NCBI GenBank assembly: GCA_048498555.1
Contig: JBEHXT010000002.1
Location: 139,075-203,074, forward strand
Direction: 5' to 3'
Source of the DNA: Bacteroidota bacterium
GTDB taxonomy: Bacteria; Bacteroidota; Bacteroidia; Chitinophagales; Chitinophagaceae
Length of the DNA stretch: 64,000 nt
Shown one piece after another: positions 37,167-46,626 of this stretch. Position 1 is the first letter of the stretch. Every line of letters starts with the position of its first letter. Made by a program: the position numbers and the translations under genes. The notes beneath the pieces were generated by a model that saw only the letters and a program-made list of their open reading frames with translations, made no database searches and was not told the DNA's origin.

Positions 37167-37844
37167 ATGGCAGTGACCATCCCCGATTCGAATTGCCCGA
37201 ATTGCGATACAAAACTAAAAGATAGCCTTTTTAAACCTGTATTGCCAATACCAGAAAAGCAAACGCGAATACTGAATAAATACCTTGGCAATAACCATTC
37301 ATTTTATTGTTCCGCATGCGGGACCGATTTATTAAGCGGTCTTCGTGAGAAATTTGCAGCCCAACTAAAATCGTCCGCAGAATATATACAGCAGCATAAG
37401 AACGCGATGCCATTGGCGACAATTCAGAACCCAATAAATTGGGACTATGATATCATCGGCATAGTCACTGGCCAATCCACAACAGGAACAGGTTTATTCA
37501 GTGAGGTTACGGCAAGTGTATCAGATTTTTTTGGCTCCCAATCTACCGCGTATAATAGCAAACTTGCCGAGGGCGAGATCATTGCTGTTTCACAAGTTCG
37601 AACAAAGGCATTGAGGATTGGAGCAAATGCGATTCTCGGAGTTGACATAGACTACGCTGAAATGGGTGGCGGCAGAGGAATGGTAATGGTTTGCGTTACC
37701 GGCACAGCCGTGCGGTTGAAAAACCTAGATATTTTTGATATAGACCAGGTAAATAAATTGAATAGACTTATCGAAGAAGCGAGGTGTTTGATTACAAATG
37801 AAACGGCCTATAACGAACTGTCCCAAGGGTATCAACTTAATTAG
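37167..37844 (+). CDS. YbjQ/UPF0145-family protein with an N-terminal zinc finger
   Basis: CPNC...CSAC, followed by TGTGLFSE...SDFFG..S..Y..KL and GANAILGVDIDY motifs. Confidence 0.85.
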   Translation: MAVTIPDSNCPNCDTKLKDSLFKPVLPIPEKQTRILNKYLGNNHSFYCSACGTDLLSGLREKFAAQLKSSAEYIQQHKNAMPLATIQNPINWDYDIIGIVTGQSTTGTGLFSEVTASVSDFFGSQSTAYNSKLAEGEIIAVSQVRTKALRIGANAILGVDIDYAEMGGGRGMVMVCVTGTAVRLKNLDIFDIDQVNKLNRLIEEARCLITNETAYNELSQGYQLN

Positions 37845-37854
37845 TCGAAAAACA

Positions 37855-37891
37855 ATATACACTCAATAAAGTAATTAGGTAATCAAAATGA
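37855..37891 (+). repeat. 37-bp direct repeat, copy 1
   Basis: ATATACACTCAATAAAGTAATTAGGTAATCAAAATGA; 33/37 identical to 38169-38205. Confidence 0.8.
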
Positions 37892-38157
37892 ATATTGAAG
37901 ATTACAAACCCAATAGCGAAGAACAAAGATTTTTTATTAGAGAACACAGTGAGCTGTCTGAAATGACATCAAAAATCATAAGAGCCGTGCATTCTGAAAA
38001 AAGATTGATGGCATTGAGAGAAATTAATCCTACTGATACTAGCTTATTGGCCCTCTATTTATATGCTATCCAAGAAAAAGATTATGAAACGTGCGAAGTT
38101 GCAAAAATATTGATAGAAGAAAGGGGCATAGATGTAGCAAAGTGGCCCAGTCCGTGA
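37888..38157 (+). CDS. Accessory hypothetical protein
   Basis: ORF track; its ATG lies inside repeat copy 1. Confidence 0.65.
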   Translation: MNIEDYKPNSEEQRFFIREHSELSEMTSKIIRAVHSEKRLMALREINPTDTSLLALYLYAIQEKDYETCEVAKILIEERGIDVAKWPSP

Positions 38158-38168
38158 TTTGAGATCAC

Positions 38169-38205
38169 ATATAAACTCAATAAAGTAATTAAGTACTCAA
38201 ATTGA
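38169..38205 (+). repeat. 37-bp direct repeat, copy 2
   Basis: ATATAAACTCAATAAAGTAATTAAGTACTCAAATTGA. Confidence 0.8.
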
Positions 38206-38219
38206 TTAAATAAATAAGC

Positions 38220-38516
38220 ATGAAGACTGAAGAATATATTAATGAATTCAAATCAGCTTGTGATAAAGCATTCAGCTCCTTCCTGTTTTCATCAAATTCA
38301 ACAGATAAAAGCGAAAGGGTAAAAGCGCATTCTCAATATTTAACCGAATTTATCGCTAGGGCAAGTAAGGAATTGACAGATGAAATAAATAGGATTCGTG
38401 AAGAGGCGGACGAGCAAGGAGATATAGACGTTGAGTCCTTGACGAAGGAGCTGAAGAACCAATTTACGTCAGCTCATAATGCGTTTATTCTTAGCGAAAA
38501 AGATGACCAAACCTAG
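38220..38516 (+). CDS. Accessory hypothetical protein (helical)
   Basis: ORF track; AT-rich leader. Confidence 0.65.
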   Translation: MKTEEYINEFKSACDKAFSSFLFSSNSTDKSERVKAHSQYLTEFIARASKELTDEINRIREEADEQGDIDVESLTKELKNQFTSAHNAFILSEKDDQT

Positions 38517-38541
38517 CATTCAAGGCATCAATTAGCATTGG

Positions 38542-38724
38542 CTATTGTGTAGGATCATCTGTTTTTTTTGTTTGAGGGAAAGAATTAAAGTCAATATAAC
38601 CTTGAACTTCAATTAAGACTTCACCACAATAGTCATTCGGAGACATTGGGGCATGTTCTATTGAATCTTCAAGTCTTTCCAACAGTTTTTTATTAATTGT
38701 ATCAAAACTTAGATAAGTATTCAT
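38542..38724 (-). CDS. Small hypothetical protein
   Basis: ORF track. Confidence 0.45.
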   Translation of the reverse strand: MNTYLSFDTINKKLLERLEDSIEHAPMSPNDYCGEVLIEVQGYIDFNSFPQTKKTDDPTQ

Positions 38725-38758
38725 AACAGTAATTTATTAATCATAATAATAATTACAA

Positions 38759-38971
38759 ATGCCTACTACAAAAGAAATTGAACAGATCATTCTGAGCCTG
38801 CCAAAAACTGGACTTGGAATGCTGGATGACGATGTCAACGAAAGCCATTACTTCTATTTGCGTGACAAGGGACTAATAGTTGTACATGACACCGAAGACG
38901 GAGGCATTTACGCCGCCAAACTTACCGCTGCTGGCCAACGGTATCAGAAAGATTTGTTGAGTCGTAGTTAA
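38759..38971 (+). CDS. Small winged-helix-like hypothetical protein
   Basis: YLRDKGLI...KLTAAGQRY pattern typical of small wHTH domains. Confidence 0.5.
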   Translation: MPTTKEIEQIILSLPKTGLGMLDDDVNESHYFYLRDKGLIVVHDTEDGGIYAAKLTAAGQRYQKDLLSRS

Positions 38972-39209
38972 ATTTTTCCGGGTTGGTTTCGCGAAACATT
39001 TCCGAATCACCCATAACTGGGTAGGATATTGAAAAATTGCAAATATCTGTTTGTACGCCAAATTCACGCTTTATTTTGATGTCTACAGATAAATGCGGTG
39101 GAGCTGTCTGAAGGAAATTGTACAAAGGCATGAATAAGCTAAATGCTTCCTTTGAAAACTTTAGGTACTCCTCCTTATTAAGTTCGAGCTTGGGATTTTT
39201 GAAGGCCAT
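38922..39209 (-). CDS. Hypothetical protein
   Basis: ORF track; ATG with an A-rich leader. Confidence 0.5.
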   Translation of the reverse strand: MAFKNPKLELNKEEYLKFSKEAFSLFMPLYNFLQTAPPHLSVDIKIKREFGVQTDICNFSISYPVMGDSEMFRETNPEKFNYDSTNLSDTVGQQR

Positions 39210-39248
39210 AATTCAATTTTTACGCATAAAAGTAATAAAATATTCAGA

Positions 39249-39587
39249 TTGAGTACAGGATTAAAAATATGGAACACGCGCATGCTGCAATTGATGAAAG
39301 AATCAGTTGGAAGTGAACTGGCCGCAACTAAGAAAGAATGGTGCGAGCTAATCGGCATCCGCCAGAGCAACCTTATCGAAGTTGAAAGCGGCAAGCGCGG
39401 GTTTACTATCGAACAGATTGTAAAAGCTGCAGAGATAACTGGCGTTTCTACTGATTGGATCCTGGGGCTTTCTAAAACTAGAAAAGGCTCAACCGATGCT
39501 TCCGGAATCGAACTAATAAAGGAAGGTTTGCGACTTATTGAACAAGAGGGGAAAACAAAATCAACAAGAAAAACAAAAAATAGGTAG
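39249..39587 (+). CDS. XRE-family HTH regulator upstream of the integrase
   Basis: KKEWCELIGIRQSNLIEVESGKRGFT...GVSTDWILG; 5 nt before the integrase start. Confidence 0.78.
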   Translation: MSTGLKIWNTRMLQLMKESVGSELAATKKEWCELIGIRQSNLIEVESGKRGFTIEQIVKAAEITGVSTDWILGLSKTRKGSTDASGIELIKEGLRLIEQEGKTKSTRKTKNR

Positions 39588-39592
39588 TAAAC

Positions 39593-41143
39593 ATGCAAGC
39601 GGTAGGGTATGCAAGGCTTTCAGATAAGGATAGTAGCAGCAACAGCATTAAAAGCCAATGTCGCAGGATAGAGGAATATTGCGCTTTCAACAAACTCGAA
39701 CTACTTAAAATTTTTATAGATGATGGCAAATCCGGATGGACATTTGACCGGCCGGGATTTGTTGAACTCGAAAAGTTCTGTAAACAAAATCGATCTGTTC
39801 AATTCCTGGTTATTCCTCACTTCGATAGATTCTCCAGAACGGATCCTGTTGACGCCATGGTAAAAGAACGATACTTCAGGGATAAACTGAATGTGAAAGT
39901 GCTGCAAGTATCCGAACCTATGGACATGGATACAAATAACCCAACATATTTGATTGTTCGGTTTATGCAGGCATTCGCTGCAAACGAGGAACGCAATCGA
40001 ATAGTGGACCGTGTTATTACTGGTCAGAGATACAGCCTTTCTCAAGGCCGGTATTGCAGCAACGCTCCTATTGGCTATAAAAATAGCAGAGATGAAAACG
40101 GGAAACCGCTATTGAAAATTGATGACGAGAAAGCACCAATCATAAAATTCATTTTCAAGTCATTTCTCCGCGGTGTTAGCATTGAAGAGACACGACGCCA
40201 GGCTAAGTTGAAAGGCTTTACTCAGGGTGGTAAAATGGCCATGCATCGCATTCTTTCCAATCCCGTTTATGCAGGGCTTGTAAATGTTCCAGCTTATAAG
40301 AATCAGCCGGCAAAAGTGGTAAAGGGAGTTCACGCCCCTATTATTTCAGAAAACGATTATTGGACAGTGCAAGAAAAGCTAAATGCAAAAACATATAAGG
40401 CGCAAGTTAGAGAAGAGGTGCCTTTGCGAGGTGTGCTAAAGTGCGAATGTGGCAGAAGATTGACCGCCGCGCCATCAAGAAGCAAGACAGGCAAATACTA
40501 TTGGTATTACTTCTGTGAAGTTCACAAAAAGAATTTCTCAGCTGTAAAACTCCATAAGCTGTGGGATGATATTTTAGTAGCGCTCAGTATGTCAGAAAAA
40601 GATGCAGCCAAGCTTAAGACATGGTTGACCGACGAAATACAAAAATTTATCAATGAAAAGACAAAGGAATTGATGAAAGTCGGCTTAGCTGTTCAAAAGG
40701 CTGAACGAGCAATTGAAGCGATTGAGGAAAAGTTCCTACTACAACCGGATATCAGCCAGGCAACTTACAACAAAGTTATCAAGGAAAAGAGATTCCAATT
40801 GAACGAGCTGCAGGCTCAGCAAGCAGCATTGAATGTTGATGCTCATGTCTACATGGAGCGCCTGAATACTATAATGAGCAAGATCACCGACCTGAAAGCC
40901 AGATGGGATAGTTATGACCTTCCCAGTAAACATAACTTCATTTTACAGGGGTTCGGGCCAAACCTCATCTATGCCGAAGGGGAATATCGAACTCCGTTTT
41001 TGCACCCTCTTTTGAAGGCAAACAAGTTGAAACTTAAAGAATTAGGGTTAGTGATAGAAACAAAAAAACCTTCCGAAGAAGGTTCAATTTTAGAAGGTGG
41101 AGCTGAGGGGGATCGAACCCCTGTCCAAACATATTTACCATAA
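39593..41143 (+). CDS. Large serine recombinase (prophage integrase)
   Basis: Resolvase domain GYARLS...DDGKSG...DRPGF...FDRFSR, recombinase domain APIGY/NPVYAG, zinc ribbon KCECG...YFC and a coiled coil. The last 16 codons lie antisense within tmRNA. Confidence 0.93.
   Translation: MQAVGYARLSDKDSSSNSIKSQCRRIEEYCAFNKLELLKIFIDDGKSGWTFDRPGFVELEKFCKQNRSVQFLVIPHFDRFSRTDPVDAMVKERYFRDKLNVKVLQVSEPMDMDTNNPTYLIVRFMQAFAANEERNRIVDRVITGQRYSLSQGRYCSNAPIGYKNSRDENGKPLLKIDDEKAPIIKFIFKSFLRGVSIEETRRQAKLKGFTQGGKMAMHRILSNPVYAGLVNVPAYKNQPAKVVKGVHAPIISENDYWTVQEKLNAKTYKAQVREEVPLRGVLKCECGRRLTAAPSRSKTGKYYWYYFCEVHKKNFSAVKLHKLWDDILVALSMSEKDAAKLKTWLTDEIQKFINEKTKELMKVGLAVQKAERAIEAIEEKFLLQPDISQATYNKVIKEKRFQLNELQAQQAALNVDAHVYMERLNTIMSKITDLKARWDSYDLPSKHNFILQGFGPNLIYAEGEYRTPFLHPLLKANKLKLKELGLVIETKKPSEEGSILEGGAEGDRTPVQTYLP
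41062..41084 (-). terminator. Intrinsic terminator for tmRNA, embedded in the integrase CDS
   Basis: Minus strand AACCTTC-TTCG-GAAGGTT followed by TTTTTG. Confidence 0.8.
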
Positions 41144-41470
41144 GCTTTCTACATGCTTATTCCATTATTAATTGTCGTCGATAAACAGGAAACGGACAAA
41201 CCGATCTATCGCTTAGCTGGATGGTCTTAAGTAACGGTCACAGCCTTCCGTTACAGCATTCTGTGTTTAGTTTTGAGTCGGCGGCGGAGCTTGGTAACAG
41301 AACAACCTGCTCAACGCGGCCCTAATGACTATCTAATCACTGATTAGGCAGCCATGGCATACTGTGTATTGCCATTTGAAGTTTGAATATTCAGATTAAA
41401 GTGCTAATTATACAACGCACTGCATGCTTACACCTACCGTAACCTACGCTGTCAAAACCAGTACAGCCCC
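41096..41470 (-). ncRNA. ssrA: tmRNA
   Basis: 5' GGGGCTGTACTGGTTTTGACAG; 3' GGTTCGATCCCCCTCAGCTCCACC with the G3-U70 pair; tag ORF at 41373-41344 encoding GNTQYAMAA-stop. Confidence 0.96.
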
Positions 41471-41481
41471 GGGTTATGTAC

Positions 41482-41595
41482 GATGTTAGATGTGTGATGT
41501 CAGATGTGAGTTAGCCAGGCCTTAAGTATTTTCAGACAACCTTCTTTTCAGATATTGGTGTCTAAAACCTTACGCCTAATTCCTCACTCCTCTTC
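41482..41595. repeat. Two blocks of degenerate heptamer tandem repeats upstream of ssrA
   Basis: GATGTNN x4 (41482-41509) and CCTNNNN x4 (41568-41595). Confidence 0.6.
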
Positions 41596-41777
41596 ACTTT
41601 TCTATCAAAGAACTTTTATGGGAGGACAAATTTACGAAAGTTTTCCGTTTTTTTACTGCAATTCAACAAACCGTCCGTTAAAGGATAATAAACGCCTTAA
41701 AATTTCGGGCACAGCTTTGCGCTTTAAGCTTTCGGCTTCGCGCTTTTTAAGCTTCCTTATCGCTTATCTTCACAGCT

Positions 41778-43577
41778 ATGAACGAAAATACGCCCTTAAA
41801 GGCATACCGGGAAAATATAACCATACTTAAGTCGCAATTGGAGATGATTACTTCCAGGAGAAGACGTGCCGCATGGATGCGTTTTTTCATTGTTGTGGCG
41901 GCAATTTTGCTGGTGAGATTTACCTGGCAGTTTTCCACCTGGATCATTATTTTGTCTGCAATCGTGGGTATAGCTGTTTTTTTGATCGCTGTTTCTTTTG
42001 ACACCGATCTGAAAAATAAACTGCTTAACCTTGAGCGCCTTTTAAAAATCAATGAAGATGAGGTAGCGCTGCTTAACGGCAATTATCATAGTCGATTTGA
42101 TGGAAAAAATTACGAGCCCGAACAACATGTATACGCGCATGATCTTGATATCTTCGGCAAAGCATCTATCTATCAATATCTCAATCGGGCAACAAGTGAG
42201 CAAGGGAAGCAATTGCTGGCAGATCGGTTATTAAACTATCAACCCAAAGAAGAAATCCTGCTTACACAGCAAGCAGTGAAAGAAGTCGCGCAGGACACAG
42301 CATGGCGGCAACAATTTCAATCATTCGGAACGGCTGAGCCTCTGTCACTCCGCACTGAAAAAAGAATTGAAAACTGGATGCAGCTTCCAACATTATACAA
42401 TCACAAAGCCTGGAGATTGCTGGCCTATGGTTTTCCGGTGGTGACAATTACCATAACTGTTCTTCATCTTGCAGATATTATCACAGCGCCTTTGTTTTAC
42501 GCACTTGTTTTTGCGTTCATGATTTTTGCTTTTTCCATTAGTAAAAAGTTGCACGAAACGTACAACTTACTTTCAAGAATTGTAACGGAGGTAAACACGT
42601 TGCACAAACAATTGGAACATATCGAGAAGAATAATTTTTCTTCTGCGTTGATTCAATCTATCAAAAAAAGCATACAGGTAAATGGTTCATCAAAAGCCTC
42701 TTCTGAAATTCTCGGCCTAAAAAACATCCTTGGCCGTTTTGATGTACGCCTGAATGTTTTTGCATTCTATATACTGAATACGTTTTTACTGTGGGACCTT
42801 CACCAGATCCTCGCATTGAACAAGTGGAAAAAAAACAATCACCAGACAACGTTCAAATGGTTTAACGCTATTGCCCAAATGGAAGTAATATCGGGATTGG
42901 CCACGCTGCATTTTAATCAGCCTGCGTGGAACTTTCCATCTATTTCAACTTCGCATTTTACATTGAATGGGCATAATATCGGGCATCCGTTAATTGCGGA
43001 AGCAAAAAGAGTTGATAACAGTTTTGGATTGGAAGGCACCGGAAAGGTCAGCATTATTACCGGCTCTAACATGGGCGGCAAAAGCACATTTCTTCGCAGC
43101 GTAGGCGTTAATGCGGTGCTTGCATTGATGGGCGCGCCCGTTTGTGCCGCATCATTTAGCATATCGCCAGTTAAGCTGATGTCGAGTATGCGGATTGCGG
43201 ATAACCTGGCGGATAATACCTCAACTTTTTATGCTGAATTGAAAAAGCTTCGCATCATTATTGAAGCAGTGAATAACAAAGAACAGGTTTTTATTTTGCT
43301 GGATGAAATACTTCGCGGCACAAACTCACTCGATCGTCATACAGGTTCAAAGGCTTTGATCAAGCAACTCATCCATCAACAAGCCGTGGCCGTTATCGCA
43401 ACACACGATGTGGAACTGGCGCAACTGGAAAAGAGTTTTCCGGAAGCCATCCACAACTATCACTTCGATGTACAGGTTGCCCACGACGAATTGTTCTTCG
43501 ACTACAAACTAAAGAAAGGCATTTGTCAAAGCCTGAATGCCTCAATATTGATGAAGAAGATTGGAATTGAAGTTTAA
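41778..43577 (+). CDS. MutS domain V (ATPase-only) MutS-related membrane protein
   Basis: TM segments, HPLI, Walker A GSNMGGKS, FYAEL, LDEILRGT and ATHD; no mismatch-binding domain. Confidence 0.9.
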   Translation: MNENTPLKAYRENITILKSQLEMITSRRRRAAWMRFFIVVAAILLVRFTWQFSTWIIILSAIVGIAVFLIAVSFDTDLKNKLLNLERLLKINEDEVALLNGNYHSRFDGKNYEPEQHVYAHDLDIFGKASIYQYLNRATSEQGKQLLADRLLNYQPKEEILLTQQAVKEVAQDTAWRQQFQSFGTAEPLSLRTEKRIENWMQLPTLYNHKAWRLLAYGFPVVTITITVLHLADIITAPLFYALVFAFMIFAFSISKKLHETYNLLSRIVTEVNTLHKQLEHIEKNNFSSALIQSIKKSIQVNGSSKASSEILGLKNILGRFDVRLNVFAFYILNTFLLWDLHQILALNKWKKNNHQTTFKWFNAIAQMEVISGLATLHFNQPAWNFPSISTSHFTLNGHNIGHPLIAEAKRVDNSFGLEGTGKVSIITGSNMGGKSTFLRSVGVNAVLALMGAPVCAASFSISPVKLMSSMRIADNLADNTSTFYAELKKLRIIIEAVNNKEQVFILLDEILRGTNSLDRHTGSKALIKQLIHQQAVAVIATHDVELAQLEKSFPEAIHNYHFDVQVAHDELFFDYKLKKGICQSLNASILMKKIGIEV

Positions 43578-43845
43578 TATGCGAATGCGGGAATGTGCGA
43601 ATGCGTAAATATGCGAATGGGAGGATGTGTAAATGTGCGCGTAAAAGATGGGCGAATGAGCAAGTATGTAAATAAGGAACGATCTAACCCTCTCTCTTGC
43701 AAAATTGCCGAAGGGTGTTTCCAATAAATAAAATAGGCTCGATTAAATCGAGCCCATTTTATTTAAAACTTATCGAGAAGAATTATGTGCCATGCTAGTT
43801 TGCCATTCGCACATTAGCATATTTACTCATTCGCACATTTACTTA
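43578..43845. repeat. Inverted pair of degenerate octamer arrays plus a central hairpin between convergent genes
   Basis: TRTGCGAA/TRNGTAAA-type units from 43578 (+) and their reverse complement at ~43800-43845; hairpin GGCTCGAT-TAA-ATCGAGCC near 43736-43754. Confidence 0.6.
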
Positions 43846-45188
43846 AAGAGTCGCCAGAAGTCCAATCCCAGCGCATACGCCATCAATCCTAACAACAATA
43901 CCATGCCCGCCATTTGCGCATATTCCATGAATTTATCGCTTGGCTTGCGGCCAGTGATAATCTCTATAATACAGAACAATGCGTGGCCACCATCCAATGC
44001 TGGAATGGGCAATATATTCATGAACGCGAGTACTATGGAGAAGAAGGCTGTAAGGCTCCAGAAGTTCTGCCAATCCCATTGAGACGAGAACATGTTGCCG
44101 ATACTGATAAGGCTTCCTACAGATTCACTTGCTTTTACCTTGCCGCTGAAAATGAGTTTCAACTGCAACCAGTAGGAGCGCAATGTTTCAATGCTTTTAT
44201 GGAAGCCCGCAGGGAACGATTCAAGGAAAGAATACTTAATCTCTTTAACCTTGATCAATTTGGAAGGATCTGCATTGAACAATCCAATGGCGCCTGCCTG
44301 AGGCACGGTTAGAGAAGTCGTTAAAGTATCATTGCCACGCAGGTAAGTCAATGCAATCTGTTTGCCTTTGTTAGCTGCAATTTGCCTTTTAAAATCATTG
44401 AAAAATTCAACCCTGGTTTCATTTAGTTTAATGATCTTGTCGCCTTTCATCAAACCTGCCTTCCTTGCGACTGAAGTATCAATTACACTGTCAATAGCTG
44501 TAAAGGGAATACGCACATCAATAAAATTCAGGTCCTTATAACGAATCAAAGTACCCGCAAATTTATCCGGAATGCTGATGTCTAATTTCTCTCCATTCCT
44601 ATCAACCTGTAAAGACTTTGCATCATCAAGAATTACATTGAAAGGGATCGCTTTGAACTTCTCAACATACTTACCGTCAACGCTCAAAATTTTATCGCCA
44701 TCTTTCAAGCCGATTGTCTGCGCCAGTGAATCAGCAGCAATACCATAAGTCATTTGATTGGCAGGTACATATTCTTCGCCCCACGACCAAAGCATCATGG
44801 CATAAATAAAGAACCCCAGCAGCAGGTTTACCACAACACCACCAATCATAATAATTAAACGTTGCCAGGCCGGTTTACTTCTGAATTCATATGGTTGAGG
44901 TGGCAATTTCATTTGTTCTTTATCCATGCTCTCATCCACCATCCCGGATATTTTTACATACCCGCCAAATGGAACCCAGCCAATACCGTATTCAGTTTCG
45001 CCAATTTTTTTCTTCCAAAGGCTGAACCATGGGTTAAAGAAGAGATAGAATTTTTCAACGCGGCAACCGAACCATTTTGCCGTAACAAAGTGCCCAAGTT
45101 CATGTAAGGTAACGAGAATGGAAAAAGAGAGGATAAATTGCAACGCCTTAATTCCAACACTACTCCAGTCTATAGCTAATAATATCAT
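43839..45188 (-). CDS. rseP: RIP metalloprotease RseP
   Basis: HELGH, two PDZ domains and the NILPIPALDGGH motif. Confidence 0.95.
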   Translation of the reverse strand: MILLAIDWSSVGIKALQFILSFSILVTLHELGHFVTAKWFGCRVEKFYLFFNPWFSLWKKKIGETEYGIGWVPFGGYVKISGMVDESMDKEQMKLPPQPYEFRSKPAWQRLIIMIGGVVVNLLLGFFIYAMMLWSWGEEYVPANQMTYGIAADSLAQTIGLKDGDKILSVDGKYVEKFKAIPFNVILDDAKSLQVDRNGEKLDISIPDKFAGTLIRYKDLNFIDVRIPFTAIDSVIDTSVARKAGLMKGDKIIKLNETRVEFFNDFKRQIAANKGKQIALTYLRGNDTLTTSLTVPQAGAIGLFNADPSKLIKVKEIKYSFLESFPAGFHKSIETLRSYWLQLKLIFSGKVKASESVGSLISIGNMFSSQWDWQNFWSLTAFFSIVLAFMNILPIPALDGGHALFCIIEIITGRKPSDKFMEYAQMAGMVLLLGLMAYALGLDFWRLFK

Positions 45189-45322
45189 TGCTAGTTTGTT
45201 ATGCCCCGCAGGGGATATTTTTATTAATTAATGTTGAGCTTTAACGGTCTCAAATATATTTACAGTATTCTAAATGTTATCTTATAAATGCCAGTTTTAC
45301 ACAAATGGCAAAAAACAACGTT

Positions 45323-46477
45323 TTACAGCTGAATTAGCGATGCCGCGAAATTACGCGCCTCTGCATCGCTTTCAAAGTACTCTTCCAGCGTTGGTTTTTC
45401 AATGAAAGGTATTTTATCAATGGTTCTTTCTACCATTTCTGTAATATCCAAAAACCCAATACGGTTACGCAAAAAGGCAAAAACTGCAATTTCATTGGCT
45501 GCATTTAATACACATGGCACATTTCCGCCTTTAAACAATGCATCTGTTGCCAGTACAAGATTCCGGAACGTCCGTGTATCAGGCTCTTCAAACGTTAATG
45601 TACCTGGTTTTCTGAAATCATATCGTGGAAATTTATTGGGGATGCGCTGCGGAAACGCCATTGCATATTGAATTGGCAGCTTCATATCGGGCAACCCCAT
45701 CTGCGCTTTTATACTTCCATCTTCAAACTGCACCATACTGTGAATGATGCTTTGCGGATGAATAACTACCTGTATCTGTTCTGGCGCAAGATTGAACAAC
45801 CACCTCGCCTCTATCATCTCAAGCCCTTTATTCATCAGTGTTGCAGAGTCGATCGATATTTTAGCGCCCATGCTCCAGTTGGGATGCTGTAGCGCATGGT
45901 CACGCTTCACATTCACTAAAAAGTTTGGCTTCTTTCCAAGAAAAGGCCCACCGCTGGCGGTAAGGATTACCTTTTCAATTTTGTTGCGCCCTTCTCCTAT
46001 CAGGCACTGGAAAATTGCGGAATGCTCGCTATCCACAGGAATTACCGGCACTTTCTTTTCCATGGCTTTTTGCATCACCAGGTCTCCCGCTACCACCAGT
46101 GTTTCCTTGTTAGCCAGGCCCACAGGCTTGCCATTATCCAATGCCTGCAGCGTTGGCTTTAAACCTGCATACCCTACAATAGCAGCCAACATAAAGTCAT
46201 AGCAATCCATTGCTGCTACTTCATCTAATGATTGTTCGCCGGCAAAAACTTTTATGTGTGTTTTGGATAATGCCTCTTTAACCTTTTGGTATTTTCTTTC
46301 ATCACCGATCACTACTATGTTAGGTTGAAACTCAAGCGCCTGGCGAATCAGCAGTTCATCATTGGTATGCGCAGTAAGAATCTCAGCAGTGAACCTATCA
46401 GGATTCGTCCTGATAACATCCAATGCCTGCGTGCCAATTGAACCTGTAGAACCAAATATTGCAATACGCTTTGTCAT
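45323..46477 (-). CDS. dxr: 1-deoxy-D-xylulose-5-phosphate reductoisomerase
   Basis: GSTGSIG, LANKETLV, PVDSEHSA, LTASGGPF, HPNWSMG.KI..DSAT and MNKGLE. Start moved to ATG 46477. Confidence 0.97.
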   Translation of the reverse strand: MTKRIAIFGSTGSIGTQALDVIRTNPDRFTAEILTAHTNDELLIRQALEFQPNIVVIGDERKYQKVKEALSKTHIKVFAGEQSLDEVAAMDCYDFMLAAIVGYAGLKPTLQALDNGKPVGLANKETLVVAGDLVMQKAMEKKVPVIPVDSEHSAIFQCLIGEGRNKIEKVILTASGGPFLGKKPNFLVNVKRDHALQHPNWSMGAKISIDSATLMNKGLEMIEARWLFNLAPEQIQVVIHPQSIIHSMVQFEDGSIKAQMGLPDMKLPIQYAMAFPQRIPNKFPRYDFRKPGTLTFEEPDTRTFRNLVLATDALFKGGNVPCVLNAANEIAVFAFLRNRIGFLDITEMVERTIDKIPFIEKPTLEEYFESDAEARNFAASLIQL

Positions 46478-46580
46478 AGTAACTTTTTCTATAATAAGAC
46501 TGGTAAAGATAATAGAATCTATTACGAAGGAATAGATGATTTGTCTGATTACCAAATTTGATGCCTCAAACAAAAGAAAA

Positions 46581-46601
46581 ACCGCCTTATTTGGTAAGGC
46601 G
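46581..46601 (-). terminator. Intrinsic terminator after the M16 pair
   Basis: Minus strand CCGCCTTA-CCAAA-TAAGGCGG followed by TTTTCTTTT. Confidence 0.7.
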
Positions 46602-46626
46602 GCATTCATTATCAGCTCATTAGTTG

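Larger units (their letters stand above)
1..41100. mobile_element. Temperate prophage (siphovirus-like) integrated at the tmRNA 3' end; left end lies outside the window
   Basis: Contiguous tail, head, portal, terminase, replication, recombination, cI/cro and serine integrase genes. Phage genes end at the tmRNA 3' end and housekeeping genes follow. The second att site is not visible. Confidence 0.95.

Noticed and set aside
1-41100. Diversity-generating retroelement, retron or anti-CRISPR locus in the prophage
   Set aside because: No reverse transcriptase motifs, no template/variable repeat pair, and no recognisable aca/acr arrangement in the window.
43542-43800. Possible remnant gene between the inverted octamer arrays
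   Set aside because: Only very short or repeat-derived frames are present, with no supportable homology.
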